A stretch of 64,000 nucleotides of DNA from Spirochaetia bacterium (GTDB lineage: Bacteria > Spirochaetota > Spirochaetia > DSM-2461), in contig CAXXIA010000001.1 of the NCBI GenBank assembly GCA_963666985.2, positions 64,001-128,000 on the forward strand. The letters run 5' to 3'. Both the position numbers and the translations under genes were made by a program. Positions within the stretch are counted from its first letter, which is position 1. The number at the start of each line of letters is the position of its first letter. The notes under the pieces were generated by a model that saw nothing but the letters and a program-made list of their open reading frames with translations, was not told the DNA's origin and searched no databases. Below, in pieces: positions 28,227-38,395 of this stretch.

Positions 28227-28385
28227 ATCATTTTCCCTAAGTGTACTATTGGGAACTATAGCGAGTGTGGAGCGTTCATGTCAGGTCGCCGGATAAGTAA
28301 TCGCGGTTATTGATGCCGAATGAATGGCCGGTTTCTCAGAGGATTGAAAATGAATATAACGAAACAATCACAATCCTGTTAAAAT

Positions 28386-29306
28386 ATGCCGCTGATGAGC
28401 GATCACATTTTATCCATTCTTATCGCGTTCGCGGCCTATTCGCTGATGGATCTCGGGAAGGCCGTTCAAAAGATCGGTGTTACCGTTATCCGCTCAAGAA
28501 GACGGCGGGGACTGATTATTTGGATTGCCGCCTCGGCGGCGACTTCTGCGGCCTCTTTCCTCATTCTTTTCGCCGCCGGTATCGGCAGTGTGGTCGTTAT
28601 CGGAGCCATGGCGGGAACCGGACTGGTGACGGTGACGCTTTTCAGTGTTCTTTATCTTAAAGAATCCATCGGTAAAATTGATTTCTTCGCTCTTGCGGCG
28701 GTGATGATCGCGCCTTTTCTTTTTGCGGGATTCCACTATGAAATGCCCGCCACTTTGGTGGCCGTAGAACATCTGCTTTTTTTCCTGGGCGCCGTATGTC
28801 TTCTTTTTTCTCTTCTTCTGATTCCGCTTTGGCGAAATAAGAAGGTTTTGGGCATTGTCTCGGCCGCCTGCGCGGGAGCCTTTGGGGGGATGGTGGTGAT
28901 GTTTCAGAAGGTTTCGGCATCTCCGTTGGGAAAAAAGACGGCGCTGATTCATTTTGAGATTCCCGATGCGGATCCTCATGGGCTTGTATCCCGGGGAATC
29001 GCCGTGCTTCAAATCCTGACAAACCCTTATGCTTTGGGCTGGGTGGCCTTGTCGTTAATTTCCACGGCGATTCTTCAGTTTTCTTACGGCCACGGTTCGA
29101 CGATTCGGATTATTCCCGCATTTAACTGCGCCTATATCCTCGTTCCCATCTTGGGCGGGACTCTTGTTTTTCAGGAGCCTCTGCATTTCGTTCAATGGAT
29201 CGGTGTTGTCTTCATTCTCGGAGGAGTCCTTATTTTGTCTTTCGGGCGTAAAAAAAGCGCCGTTTCCGATGGGAGCGAAGCAAAAGAAATATCGGCTCAT
29301 CGGTAA
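28386..29306 (+). CDS. DMT-superfamily membrane transporter
   Basis: Two hydrophobic halves with LYLKESIG and VFQEPL...WIGVVFILGGV DMT-type motifs. The start may be ATG 28395. Confidence 0.7.
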   Translation: MPLMSDHILSILIAFAAYSLMDLGKAVQKIGVTVIRSRRRRGLIIWIAASAATSAASFLILFAAGIGSVVVIGAMAGTGLVTVTLFSVLYLKESIGKIDFFALAAVMIAPFLFAGFHYEMPATLVAVEHLLFFLGAVCLLFSLLLIPLWRNKKVLGIVSAACAGAFGGMVVMFQKVSASPLGKKTALIHFEIPDADPHGLVSRGIAVLQILTNPYALGWVALSLISTAILQFSYGHGSTIRIIPAFNCAYILVPILGGTLVFQEPLHFVQWIGVVFILGGVLILSFGRKKSAVSDGSEAKEISAHR

Positions 29307-29436
29307 ACGGCCGGAATGAGCGAACTCTTTTTCTCATCCTAAAACAATTGGAAAATTCGTTGGAATATATACGTGTTAAGATAACTGCCGGTATATCCAT
29401 TTCTTTATACAAATAGAAAAATGAAAGGAATAGGCC

Positions 29437-30372
29437 GTGAATTTTGAACTTTTTAATACCGTTATGCGGAATATGGCCCGGGTTATTGTCGGAAAAACGG
29501 AAGCAATTGAATTGATTCTTGTCGCCCTGCTGGCCGAGGGGCATGTGCTCCTGGAAGATGTTCCCGGTCAAGGAAAAACACTCATTGCAAAATCTCTGGC
29601 AAAAAGTATTGGAGGCACCTACAAAAGGATTCAATTTACTCCGGATCTTCTTCCCTCCGACATCACCGGTTTTAACGTCTTTAATCAGCGAAGCGGTGAG
29701 TTTACGTTTCAAAGCGGTCCGGTTATGTCGAACATCCTTCTGGCCGACGAAATAAACCGGACAATTCCCAGGACTCAGTCCAGTCTGCTTGAAAGTATGG
29801 AGGAACGGCAGATTACCGTGGATGGAAAGACCATGGAATTGCCCAGACCCTTTTTTGTTATTGCCACTCAGAATCCTATTGAACTTGAGGGAACCTTCCC
29901 TCTTCCTGAAGCCCAATTGGATCGATTTCTTCTTCGAATTAATTTGGGTTATCCGAAAAAGGAGGAAGAAATGGAAATCCTGAGCCGATTTCAGGACTCC
30001 GATCCCCTCGAAACCATCGGGGCCGTCATCAGCCCTGAAGATTTGGCCGGCATGCAGAGGAAACGGAGAACGATAACGGTTTCAGATCATGTTAAGGAAT
30101 ACATCGCCGATATTACCGGAGCCACACGAATCAATACGGCTCTCCGCTATGGATCCAGCCCCAGGGGGTCACTTGGCTTGATGAGAGCCGGCCAAGCCTT
30201 GGCCGCATTGAGGGGCCGAGAGTATGTCCTTCCCGATGACATAAAGTACCTCTCTTTCCCCGTTCTCGCCCATAGGCTGATTCCAAGGGAAGAAGAACGA
30301 ATGAGGGGGCGATCCTCGGAAGATATCCTTACGGAAATCATGGAAAACGTGCCGGTATCCATTCATGCATGA
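29437..30372 (+). CDS. MoxR-family AAA+ ATPase
   Basis: HVLLEDVPGQGKT, RIQFTPDLLPSDITG, LADEINR, ATQNPIELEGTFPLPEAQLDRF and SPRGS. Confidence 0.95.
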   Translation: MNFELFNTVMRNMARVIVGKTEAIELILVALLAEGHVLLEDVPGQGKTLIAKSLAKSIGGTYKRIQFTPDLLPSDITGFNVFNQRSGEFTFQSGPVMSNILLADEINRTIPRTQSSLLESMEERQITVDGKTMELPRPFFVIATQNPIELEGTFPLPEAQLDRFLLRINLGYPKKEEEMEILSRFQDSDPLETIGAVISPEDLAGMQRKRRTITVSDHVKEYIADITGATRINTALRYGSSPRGSLGLMRAGQALAALRGREYVLPDDIKYLSFPVLAHRLIPREEERMRGRSSEDILTEIMENVPVSIHA

Positions 30373-31558
30373 CGAGGGCGACGAATCGATCTCTGTTATC
30401 ACAATCCCATTTATCGTGATTCTTATTGCTCTGTTTTGTTTTATCGGTCTGTTACGGAAAGAACGGGACTTGGCCTTATGGGGAATCTGTATCCTATCGG
30501 TTATCGGATGTGCGAAAATTTGGAGTCTTGCCGGTTTGAAAGGACTTACCTGCCGTCCGGTTCCGAATTCTTCCCGACTCTTCCCCGGGGATACGCTGAC
30601 TCTGCATCTGACGGTGGAAAACAGAAAATTCCTTCCCGTTATGGTCAGAACCGGGATTCTTATCGAATCGGGAGGCCTGGAAATTCCGGAAGGAACTCCG
30701 TTTCATAGGGAAAGCGGTCTTCTTTTGCATCAGCGAGCGGATTTCATCTGGACTCTAAGAGCGGCACGCCGCGGAGTTTATCTTTTGGGGCCCTTTACCA
30801 TCGAGGCGGGAGATTTCTTTGGATTTTTTAGAAAAAATCGAAAGGAAAATCCCATAGCCATAATTGTTTATCCGAAGATTTCGGCGTTAACGGATTTCGA
30901 CATACCGAGCCGGGATTTCTTTGGGAAGTCGGGTAAAAGCAGTCCTGTTCAGGATCCGGTCTATATTCTGGGCACCCGGGAGTATCAGCACCAACAGCCG
31001 GCCAGATATATTCATTGGAAAGCCGGTGCTCGGCGGAACAAGCTCATGGAAAAGATTTTCGAGCCGTCCGAACAGAAAAAGATCCTTTTGGCCGTCGATG
31101 CGAAAGGCTTTGCTGAAAGCGGAGCAGAAGATGCTTTTGAAAAAATTCTGGAAGCGGCTGCTTCTCTGGCCGTTCATTTGGAACGGCAAGGATTTATGAC
31201 GGGGCTGATTACAAATGCGGCTCTTTATAACGGCGGGAACACCTTTGTCCGGCCGGGCAGAAATCCGCGGCAGCTGACTCTGATTCTTGAAACCATGGCG
31301 CGTATGAAAATGGATTGCGGTATTGATCTGAAGGATGTGCTAAAAGGGGTGTCTTTTTCTTCAGGTTTGAGTGCCGTTATTTTTGCCCTTTCGGCGGACG
31401 TAATTTCGGCTCAAGGAACTTACTTTATCAGCAGGGGAATCCCCTTTACCGGTATCGCCGCCGAGGTTTCGGAAAAATCCCGTTCGCGGGGGCAGGCTCT
31501 TATCCATTCACTGGAAAGCTTTCTTTTCCGGGATGAAGCACACGATGTCCGGAAGTAA
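30365..31558 (+). CDS. DUF58-domain protein
   Basis: RRGVY, DFFGF, IVYP and GTREYQ...RYIHWKA. Follows moxR. Confidence 0.85.
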   Translation: MHDEGDESISVITIPFIVILIALFCFIGLLRKERDLALWGICILSVIGCAKIWSLAGLKGLTCRPVPNSSRLFPGDTLTLHLTVENRKFLPVMVRTGILIESGGLEIPEGTPFHRESGLLLHQRADFIWTLRAARRGVYLLGPFTIEAGDFFGFFRKNRKENPIAIIVYPKISALTDFDIPSRDFFGKSGKSSPVQDPVYILGTREYQHQQPARYIHWKAGARRNKLMEKIFEPSEQKKILLAVDAKGFAESGAEDAFEKILEAAASLAVHLERQGFMTGLITNAALYNGGNTFVRPGRNPRQLTLILETMARMKMDCGIDLKDVLKGVSFSSGLSAVIFALSADVISAQGTYFISRGIPFTGIAAEVSEKSRSRGQALIHSLESFLFRDEAHDVRK

Positions 31559-32957
31559 AAACAGTCTGTTAACTTTTTTCGGGGGATGCACCTCCTTCCT
31601 CTGGCGATATGTTTGGATTAATTATATTACTATTGCACTTCTGGGCCGATCGTTTCCTTTCCCGTGGGCCGTACTTTTCTTCACTCTTTCCTTCTTGATA
31701 ACTCTCTTCACTTTCGATCGGGGACGGCGGGTTATCGTTATCGGCGTGTCTCATCTTTTCGGATTTTCGCCGGCCGTCTTCGGGACTCTCCACAGCCTCT
31801 ATCATATTCAGACCGGGATTTTGCATCCGATTTGGATCGGTCGCTTTTTCAGCCGCCCCAGAGAGCCGTTGGAATGGCTGATTCTTTTTCTTGTCATGGC
31901 TATGCCTGTTCTGTTTTGGGCGGGAGGCGTACTTCTGGCAAAAAAAAGGGCACGGTATACAAGCCATTGTGCCCGGCTGGACATCGGCATCACTTTTTTC
32001 TTTCTGCTGTTCCTGATGAAGTTTTTATTAAGGACTCAAGGTGGAATCATTATTCCGGAAGATCTTTCTATTCGTCTGTTTTACCCCTTTTTGGTTTTCG
32101 GCCTGGCCGGTGTGGCCTTATCGAAAAATAAGGGAATCGTGGAAAAAGAATTTCTTTCACACCATAAGGGAACCGGACTGGTTCTGACCTTTACGGCGCT
32201 GCTTCTTGTTTGTATCACCGGCTTGTCGCTGCTTCTTATGCCTTTGATGAATACGGCGGCCGAAGCGGGTTACGACATTATGACTCATATTTCAAAACCC
32301 ATCGGCGGACTGCTTGTTAGGATACTTCGTTTTCTTTTTCAGGGATCGCGGGCACGTTCATCGGTCGGCGCGAGCGGGGAAATGGGGGAAAATACGGCTA
32401 TCCCGTTATCGGAAGACGATGCGGCGGGCGGTCTTTTGGAACGAATACTTTGCTATTTTCTCATGGGTACGGTAGCCGCAGTTGTGATTGGCTCTGTAGT
32501 GCTGTTGGTTTGGTTTTTTGTACGGAAAATTTTATCCAGGACCAAAGTCACTGGGGATAAAGAGAAACAGTTCACGCTCTCCGATTTTTTTGTCTTGCTG
32601 AAAGCCCGGCTGATACAGCTGATCGCAGTATTATCAACTTTTTTTCACCGTTTACTGCGCCGTTACTCCGGAATTGAAGATATCTATTTATCGTTCCTTC
32701 GCTGGGGGCGGCGAGGAGGTATGGAGAGACGGAAGAATGAAACGCCGGAAGAATACCGGTTTCGTCTTTCGGCGGTTTATCCTTTTTTAGAGAATGAGAT
32801 TAACTCTATATCGGAGTCTTTTATCCTGGCCTATTACGGACCTGCCGAATCCGGGAATTTGAACCTTGATAATGCCGGCAGGGAGGCCGTGGCTTTACGC
32901 CGCCTGAAAAGCGCAAGATTTTTCTTTCCGCGGGTAAAGGTTTGGCTGAAGAGGTAA
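31545..32957 (+). CDS. Multi-pass membrane protein with a C-terminal DUF4129-like domain
   Basis: Many TM segments and a C-terminal RRKNETPEEY...FILAYYG. Third gene of the moxR-DUF58 triad. The start is 31545 or 31533. Confidence 0.75.
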   Translation: MSGSKNSLLTFFGGCTSFLWRYVWINYITIALLGRSFPFPWAVLFFTLSFLITLFTFDRGRRVIVIGVSHLFGFSPAVFGTLHSLYHIQTGILHPIWIGRFFSRPREPLEWLILFLVMAMPVLFWAGGVLLAKKRARYTSHCARLDIGITFFFLLFLMKFLLRTQGGIIIPEDLSIRLFYPFLVFGLAGVALSKNKGIVEKEFLSHHKGTGLVLTFTALLLVCITGLSLLLMPLMNTAAEAGYDIMTHISKPIGGLLVRILRFLFQGSRARSSVGASGEMGENTAIPLSEDDAAGGLLERILCYFLMGTVAAVVIGSVVLLVWFFVRKILSRTKVTGDKEKQFTLSDFFVLLKARLIQLIAVLSTFFHRLLRRYSGIEDIYLSFLRWGRRGGMERRKNETPEEYRFRLSAVYPFLENEINSISESFILAYYGPAESGNLNLDNAGREAVALRRLKSARFFFPRVKVWLKR

Positions 32958-33091
32958 GGGCGCTGGCTGGTCCGGGCCTTAATCAGGATTCTTTATTGGC
33001 ATTCAAGCGCGAGTTCACGCCGCTTTACCGAAATGGTCCTATGATGTCGCTACACTCGGTTCTCGCAGGTATGTTTTATATTTACGGAGCT

Positions 33092-33136
33092 AAAAAAAAC
33101 GCCGTTTCCGAATAATAACATTATCCGAAAACGACG
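33092..33136 (-). terminator. Rho-independent terminator (minus strand)
   Basis: CGTCGTTTTCGGATAAT-gtt-ATTATTCGGAAACGGCG followed by T8. Confidence 0.75.
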
Positions 33137-33348
33137 CTCCGCGAAGGGATCTCGATATAGGCCCTCGGGAAAAGGAGGAAACCCCGGGCCTTTATTTTCA
33201 CTGTTTCTACAACGAGAACCACCGAAAGAATGCGGGGTTACGTGAAAAAAGAAAATTTTTTTAAGTCTTCGAAAGTTCTTTCACTTTAGAGCCGTAATTC
33301 TTCAGAAAAGCGGCCGCCGGCGGGGCGTTCCCGGAGATATTGATTTCG

Positions 33349-33798
33349 TTATTGAATTTCTTTCATATCAGGATCGGAAGCGGCGCCGGCCGTTTTCATA
33401 AAGTCGTGTTCTTTTCGGATATGCCGGATATAGGCATCCACGCTCCATGCGGCGCCGGTTTCGGTTACCATGGCGAAGGCGGCATCCGCATCAGGCGGTA
33501 GAATCGCTTTGAAGCTGCGCATCAGATTTACGGCTTGCCTTTTATCGGCTCCGGCGATAAGAGCGCTTCGTTTACCCCCGCTTCGAGGCGTACCTCCGGG
33601 CCAGATGCCTTCCGCAACGGCTTTAACCGCTTCATGAGTGATTTGCCGTGCCACAATATCCGTTATCGGAGCAACCGTCACGGCCGAAGCATCGCCGCCG
33701 TCATCCGCGTAAGCCGAAAGGGCGTTTTGAGCCTCTTTTTTGGCGAAACCATCCAAAAGGATGACGATTTTTGTTTCCGTATTCAGAGTATTACTCAT
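33349..33798 (-). CDS. DUF3783-like protein
   Basis: C-terminal FAMVTETGAAWSVDAYIRHIRKEHDFM resembles DUF3783. The start is placed at ATG 33798, 6 nt after TATAGT. Confidence 0.6.
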   Translation of the reverse strand: MSNTLNTETKIVILLDGFAKKEAQNALSAYADDGGDASAVTVAPITDIVARQITHEAVKAVAEGIWPGGTPRSGGKRSALIAGADKRQAVNLMRSFKAILPPDADAAFAMVTETGAAWSVDAYIRHIRKEHDFMKTAGAASDPDMKEIQ

Positions 33799-34034
33799 GA
33801 AATCACTATAGCGGCCCTCGGAATAAAGTAAAACGGCGGGTTCGCGAAGACCGTTCCCGAACCCGCCCTTAAAGGCCGATGTCCGGGATTCCCCCTTTTG
33901 ATTTGGAATTCCTTTCCGGCATGTAATCATTGATTGTTTGCCCCGAAACCGATCCGTTTCTATTTTATTCTTAAGTGAAATGAAACAGTAAACCTCATTT
34001 TAAGAGTCATGATTTTCTTGGAGGAGTTGGAAAT

Positions 34035-36608
34035 ATGCAGGATCGATATACCATAAAAAGCCGCGAGGCTCTGGAAGCCGCCGGCCGCATCTCTGATGAC
34101 GCCGGTCATGCGCAGTTGGAAGTTGAGCACATTCTTGCCGCCCTGATTCGTCAGGAGGACGGCATCGTACCCCATCTTCTTTCACGATTGGGAGTGGCGA
34201 CCGGAGCTCTTGATACCGATATTACGGCTTTGCTGAACGCCAAGCCCCGAGCTTACGGTGATACGGTTCAGAAAAGTATGGCCGCTTCTGCGGCCGGTAT
34301 TCTTCGTTCCGCGGAAAAAGAGGCGGATAATCTTAAGGATGAATATGTCTCGGTGGAGCATATTCTTCTGGCCATATCCGGCTCGAAAGGACCCGCGGCC
34401 GATCTTTTGAAGCGTCATGGCGCCGACAGGAATGCTCTGCTTAACGCACTCAAAGAGGTTCGGGGCGGTCGCCGCGTTACCGACGAGGATCCCGAAGGAA
34501 AGTTCCGGGCCCTGGAAAAATATACCGTCGATTTAACTCAGCGGGCCCGGCAGGGGAAGCTGGATCCGGTTATCGGGCGGGATGATGAGGTCCGGCGTGT
34601 TATGCAGGTTCTCTCCCGCCGAACCAAGAATAATCCGGTTCTCATCGGCGAGCCGGGAACGGGTAAAACTGCCATCGTCGAGGGGCTGGCCGGTCGTATC
34701 GTGGCGGGCGATGTTCCCGATTCCCTCAAAGGCAAACGTCTTCTGGCGCTGGATATGGGCGCTTTGGTGGCCGGGGCCAAGTACCGCGGCGAGTTTGAAG
34801 AACGTCTGAAGGGCGTTATCCAGGATGTCTCGGCGACCGATGGAAACATCATCCTTTTTATTGATGAGCTGCACACGGTTATGGGCGCCGGTGCCGCCGA
34901 GGGCGGTACGGATGCGTCGAATCTTTTAAAGCCTGCTCTGGCGCGCGGAGAACTCCATACAATCGGAGCCACCACTCTGGACGAGTACCGAAAGCATATC
35001 GAAAAAGACGCCGCTTTCGAGAGGCGTTTCCAGCAGGTGATGGTAACCGAGCCTTCGGTGGAAGACACCATTTCCATTCTTCGGGGCCTTAGGGAACGCT
35101 ACGAGGTGCATCACGGGGTACAGATTCGGGATGAGGCGCTTATCGCGGCCGCGACTCTTTCCAACCGCTACATTACAAGCCGTTTCCTGCCGGACAAGGC
35201 CATCGACCTTGTGGATGAAGCGGCCAGCCGGGTGAAAATGGAAATTGAAAGCCAGCCGGTGGAATTGGATGCGCTGGAACGAAAGATTCTTCAGATGCAG
35301 ATTGAGAAGAAAAGTCTGGAGAGGGAAAAAGATGCGGCCTCCAAGGATCGTTTGTCGACCTTGGGCCGGGAATTGGCCGATTTGACTTCCGAACGTGACG
35401 CTCTGAAAGTCCAATGGGAAAACGAAAAAGGCGCCATCGAGGAAATCCGGATTATTAAGCAGAATATCGAGGAATTGGGTCAGAAAGCGGCCCAGGCCGA
35501 ACGGGCCGGTGATTTGAACGCCGCCGCGGAGATGATCCACGGCCGGCTTCCCGCGGCCAAGGCGGCGCTGGAAGAGAAAACAGCCCGCCTTAAGGAGCTT
35601 CAGGGCGAGAACAGCCTTCTCCGGGAAGAAATCGGCGAAGAGGATATCGCCCGCGTGGTTTCCGCGTGGACCGGCATTCCCGTTTCCAAGATGATGGCTT
35701 CCGAGAGGGAAAAGTATCTCGAACTGGAATCCATCCTCAAGCGGCGCGTGGTGGGGCAGGATGCCGCCGTCAACGCTGTCGCGGACGCGGTGCGCCGAAA
35801 CAGAAGCGGACTGGCCGATCCGGACCGGCCTTTGGGATCATTTATATTCCTGGGACCCACCGGCGTGGGCAAAACCGAATTGGCCCGCACTCTGGCGGCC
35901 TTCCTTTTCGACGACGAGAGGGCTTTAACCCGTATCGACATGAGCGAATATATGGAGAAATTCGCCGTATCCCGGCTGGTGGGAGCTCCTCCGGGATACG
36001 TCGGCTATGAAGAAGGGGGACAGCTGACCGAAGCCGTGCGCCGGAGGCCGTATTCGGTGGTGCTCTTCGACGAGATTGAAAAGGCCCATCCGGATGTTTT
36101 CGATCTTTTGCTTCAGCTGCTGGACGACGGCCGTCTCACCGACAGCCAGGGGCGCGTGGTGGACTTCCGCCATGCCATCATCATCATGACCAGCAACCTG
36201 GGTTCCGGCGTGATTCTTGAGAAGGGCGTAACCGATGAAACCCGTGCCGTCCTGGATGAGCGGCTCAAGGCGGCCTTTAAGCCTGAGTTCCTGAACCGAA
36301 TCGACGAGATTATTATTTTTGAGTCTTTGGGCAAAGAGCAGATTCGTTCCATTCTGGATATTCTCGCTTCCCGGCTGGCCGGCCGTTTGGCGGAAAAGCG
36401 GATGACTTTGAAGCTCACCGACGCGGCCAAGGATTTTATCGCCGAGAGGGGATTTGATCCGGCTTTCGGGGCCAGGCCTTTGCGGCGGGCCCTCCGTGAT
36501 TTGGTGGAAAACCCCCTTGCACGGCGGCTTTTGGCCGGGGAATTCGCCGAGGGCGATACGATTTCGGCCGATGAGGGAAACGGAGAGATTCTTTTCCGGA
36601 AGGTCTGA
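34035..36608 (+). CDS. clpB: ATP-dependent chaperone ClpB
   Basis: Clp N repeats, two AAA modules ([16 protein letters not shown]) and a long coiled-coil M domain. 857 aa with a GGAGG RBS. Confidence 0.96.
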   Translation: MQDRYTIKSREALEAAGRISDDAGHAQLEVEHILAALIRQEDGIVPHLLSRLGVATGALDTDITALLNAKPRAYGDTVQKSMAASAAGILRSAEKEADNLKDEYVSVEHILLAISGSKGPAADLLKRHGADRNALLNALKEVRGGRRVTDEDPEGKFRALEKYTVDLTQRARQGKLDPVIGRDDEVRRVMQVLSRRTKNNPVLIGEPGTGKTAIVEGLAGRIVAGDVPDSLKGKRLLALDMGALVAGAKYRGEFEERLKGVIQDVSATDGNIILFIDELHTVMGAGAAEGGTDASNLLKPALARGELHTIGATTLDEYRKHIEKDAAFERRFQQVMVTEPSVEDTISILRGLRERYEVHHGVQIRDEALIAAATLSNRYITSRFLPDKAIDLVDEAASRVKMEIESQPVELDALERKILQMQIEKKSLEREKDAASKDRLSTLGRELADLTSERDALKVQWENEKGAIEEIRIIKQNIEELGQKAAQAERAGDLNAAAEMIHGRLPAAKAALEEKTARLKELQGENSLLREEIGEEDIARVVSAWTGIPVSKMMASEREKYLELESILKRRVVGQDAAVNAVADAVRRNRSGLADPDRPLGSFIFLGPTGVGKTELARTLAAFLFDDERALTRIDMSEYMEKFAVSRLVGAPPGYVGYEEGGQLTEAVRRRPYSVVLFDEIEKAHPDVFDLLLQLLDDGRLTDSQGRVVDFRHAIIIMTSNLGSGVILEKGVTDETRAVLDERLKAAFKPEFLNRIDEIIIFESLGKEQIRSILDILASRLAGRLAEKRMTLKLTDAAKDFIAERGFDPAFGARPLRRALRDLVENPLARRLLAGEFAEGDTISADEGNGEILFRKV

Positions 36609-36679
36609 TTTTTTAAGGGCGGCGGCGTACCTTTATCGGTACATCGCCGCATGTTTCCCTACATTCCCGCGATTCCGAT

Positions 36680-38218
36680 TTACTCCGTGATTTCCAGAGC
36701 GTCGTTGAAGAGGTTTTTAAGGTCTGAAGAATCGTTCCGGAACAGATACACGACATCCATGCACGCCAGAACATCGGAAGCCTCTTTGATTCTTCCCATA
36801 AAAAAGGCTTCCGATATGAATGCGCCGACTTTTTCATCGGTCAGCACGGCGGCGGCATTGCCCCAGATATGCTGAACCATGCCGTAAATATCGTTCTCAA
36901 GAACTTCGCATTTCAGTCCCAGTTTCGTCGCAAGACCATTCGCAAAAGATCCTTTCTGAACGGCGACTTTCAATCCGGAAAGTTTTTCCGGGCTTGTTTT
37001 TACTCCGTCGAGGGTAAACAGCCGAATCCGGAATTGTTCATAGGGTTTTGAAGCGACGACAGGATCATTTTTAAAAACTTCGTTCGGCCATCCCACGTTC
37101 ATGAGAACATCGATTTTTCCGTTGAGAAACTTGGGGTAGATATCCGCCCATTGGCCGCCGGAGAATTCCATGTTCCGATTCAGCTGTGCTTCGATACGCT
37201 GTGTCCGATCCACGCTTATTCCCTTCGGAACGCCCTGCTTGACATAGGTCCATGGCGGGTATGCGACATCATGACCTATCAGCAGGCTTTTTTCGCTTGT
37301 GACGGTTTTGGAGAGTGCCGCTTGCGGAAGGTTCTTCTCAAGCGCCGAAATATTCTCAAGAACTTCGGAATTAATATCTTCATAGATGCCGACGGCCGTT
37401 TCCACAAAAGGAAGCCGGGTAAGTGTCTTTTCGCCCGCTCCATGAATGGTATCCAGAAAGCCCAGCAGTGAAGAGGTGCTTTCTGCCTGCTCTCCGACAT
37501 GAGTGATGATGGAAGTAATGCTTTCATCCAGGGAATTCAGTCCGTCCGACGAGTCGGATATATCCCGGCCGGTTGATTCGATTGTTTCGAGTACTTTTTT
37601 CTGAATACTTCCGTGCTTCGAGAGTTTTTCCGCGGCATTCGCCAATTCGGTATTCAGATTCGAAAGCACGCCGTTGATGCCGTCGGTGTTCTCACGGCTT
37701 CGTTCCGCGAGTTTCTGAACTTCTTTGGCCACGACTTTGAAGCCCCGTCCCGCTTCGCCGGCCCTTGCCGCTTCGATGGCCGCGTTCAGCGCCAGAAGGT
37801 TGGTCAGTTCCGCGATATCGTTGATATGCTCTATAAAGCCGATAACCGCCTGTATGGATGCGTCAAGCCGTGTAAACACATCGGTCAGTTCCGAATATCC
37901 GTTGTCCAGTTCCTTAATGGAATCCGTTGCCGAGGATATGGATTCAACGGAGTTTTTTGAAGCCTTGATGTATTCCCTGATTTTTTCCAAAGAAAGGTTT
38001 ACAAGTTCGGCGACTTCCTCGGCTCCGCCGTTAACCTTTTTTAAGTCGTCGAAGGCCTCATCGATTTGTTCCTGTATATTCGATGTTGAGCGAATATATT
38101 CTTTCTGGAACATCATGATTATGTCGAATATCTGTTTTGATTCTATTCCCTGCCCTCGAAGGTCGTTCTTGATGAGTATCGCTTCCTGCCATTGTGATTC
38201 GGGTTCGCTTTGCCGCAT
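36680..38218 (-). CDS. Soluble methyl-accepting chemotaxis protein with a C-terminal family-3 solute-binding domain
   Basis: MCP hairpin [29 protein letters not shown], no TM segment, and a C-terminal [12 protein letters not shown]...KGISVD...[11 protein letters not shown] fold. Confidence 0.85.
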   Translation of the reverse strand: MRQSEPESQWQEAILIKNDLRGQGIESKQIFDIIMMFQKEYIRSTSNIQEQIDEAFDDLKKVNGGAEEVAELVNLSLEKIREYIKASKNSVESISSATDSIKELDNGYSELTDVFTRLDASIQAVIGFIEHINDIAELTNLLALNAAIEAARAGEAGRGFKVVAKEVQKLAERSRENTDGINGVLSNLNTELANAAEKLSKHGSIQKKVLETIESTGRDISDSSDGLNSLDESITSIITHVGEQAESTSSLLGFLDTIHGAGEKTLTRLPFVETAVGIYEDINSEVLENISALEKNLPQAALSKTVTSEKSLLIGHDVAYPPWTYVKQGVPKGISVDRTQRIEAQLNRNMEFSGGQWADIYPKFLNGKIDVLMNVGWPNEVFKNDPVVASKPYEQFRIRLFTLDGVKTSPEKLSGLKVAVQKGSFANGLATKLGLKCEVLENDIYGMVQHIWGNAAAVLTDEKVGAFISEAFFMGRIKEASDVLACMDVVYLFRNDSSDLKNLFNDALEITE

Positions 38219-38395
38219 TATAAGTCCTCCGGGAGCTTATTGTAATTGATGCACCGGCAGGAGTGGAAAAGAAATTTGTTCGGGAGTCTTAAGTCTCGGC
38301 CGTGCGCGTCGACGTTTCGTTCGAATGGATAATTGCCGAGGAAACGGACTTCGGCGGTTCCGCCCGTTTTATACGGTAAGCGTTCCCGTATGAAA

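Noticed and set aside
33203..33210. GTTTCTAC, the purine riboswitch core
   Set aside because: The flanking ATATGG and CCGTAAA loops and P2/P3 stems are absent, and no gene follows in that orientation at a suitable distance.
33969..34005. Weak inverted repeat (TCTTAA...TTAAGA) upstream of clpB as a heat-shock operator
   Set aside because: It does not fit CIRCE, HAIR or CtsR spacing and is too short in AT-rich DNA to support a call.
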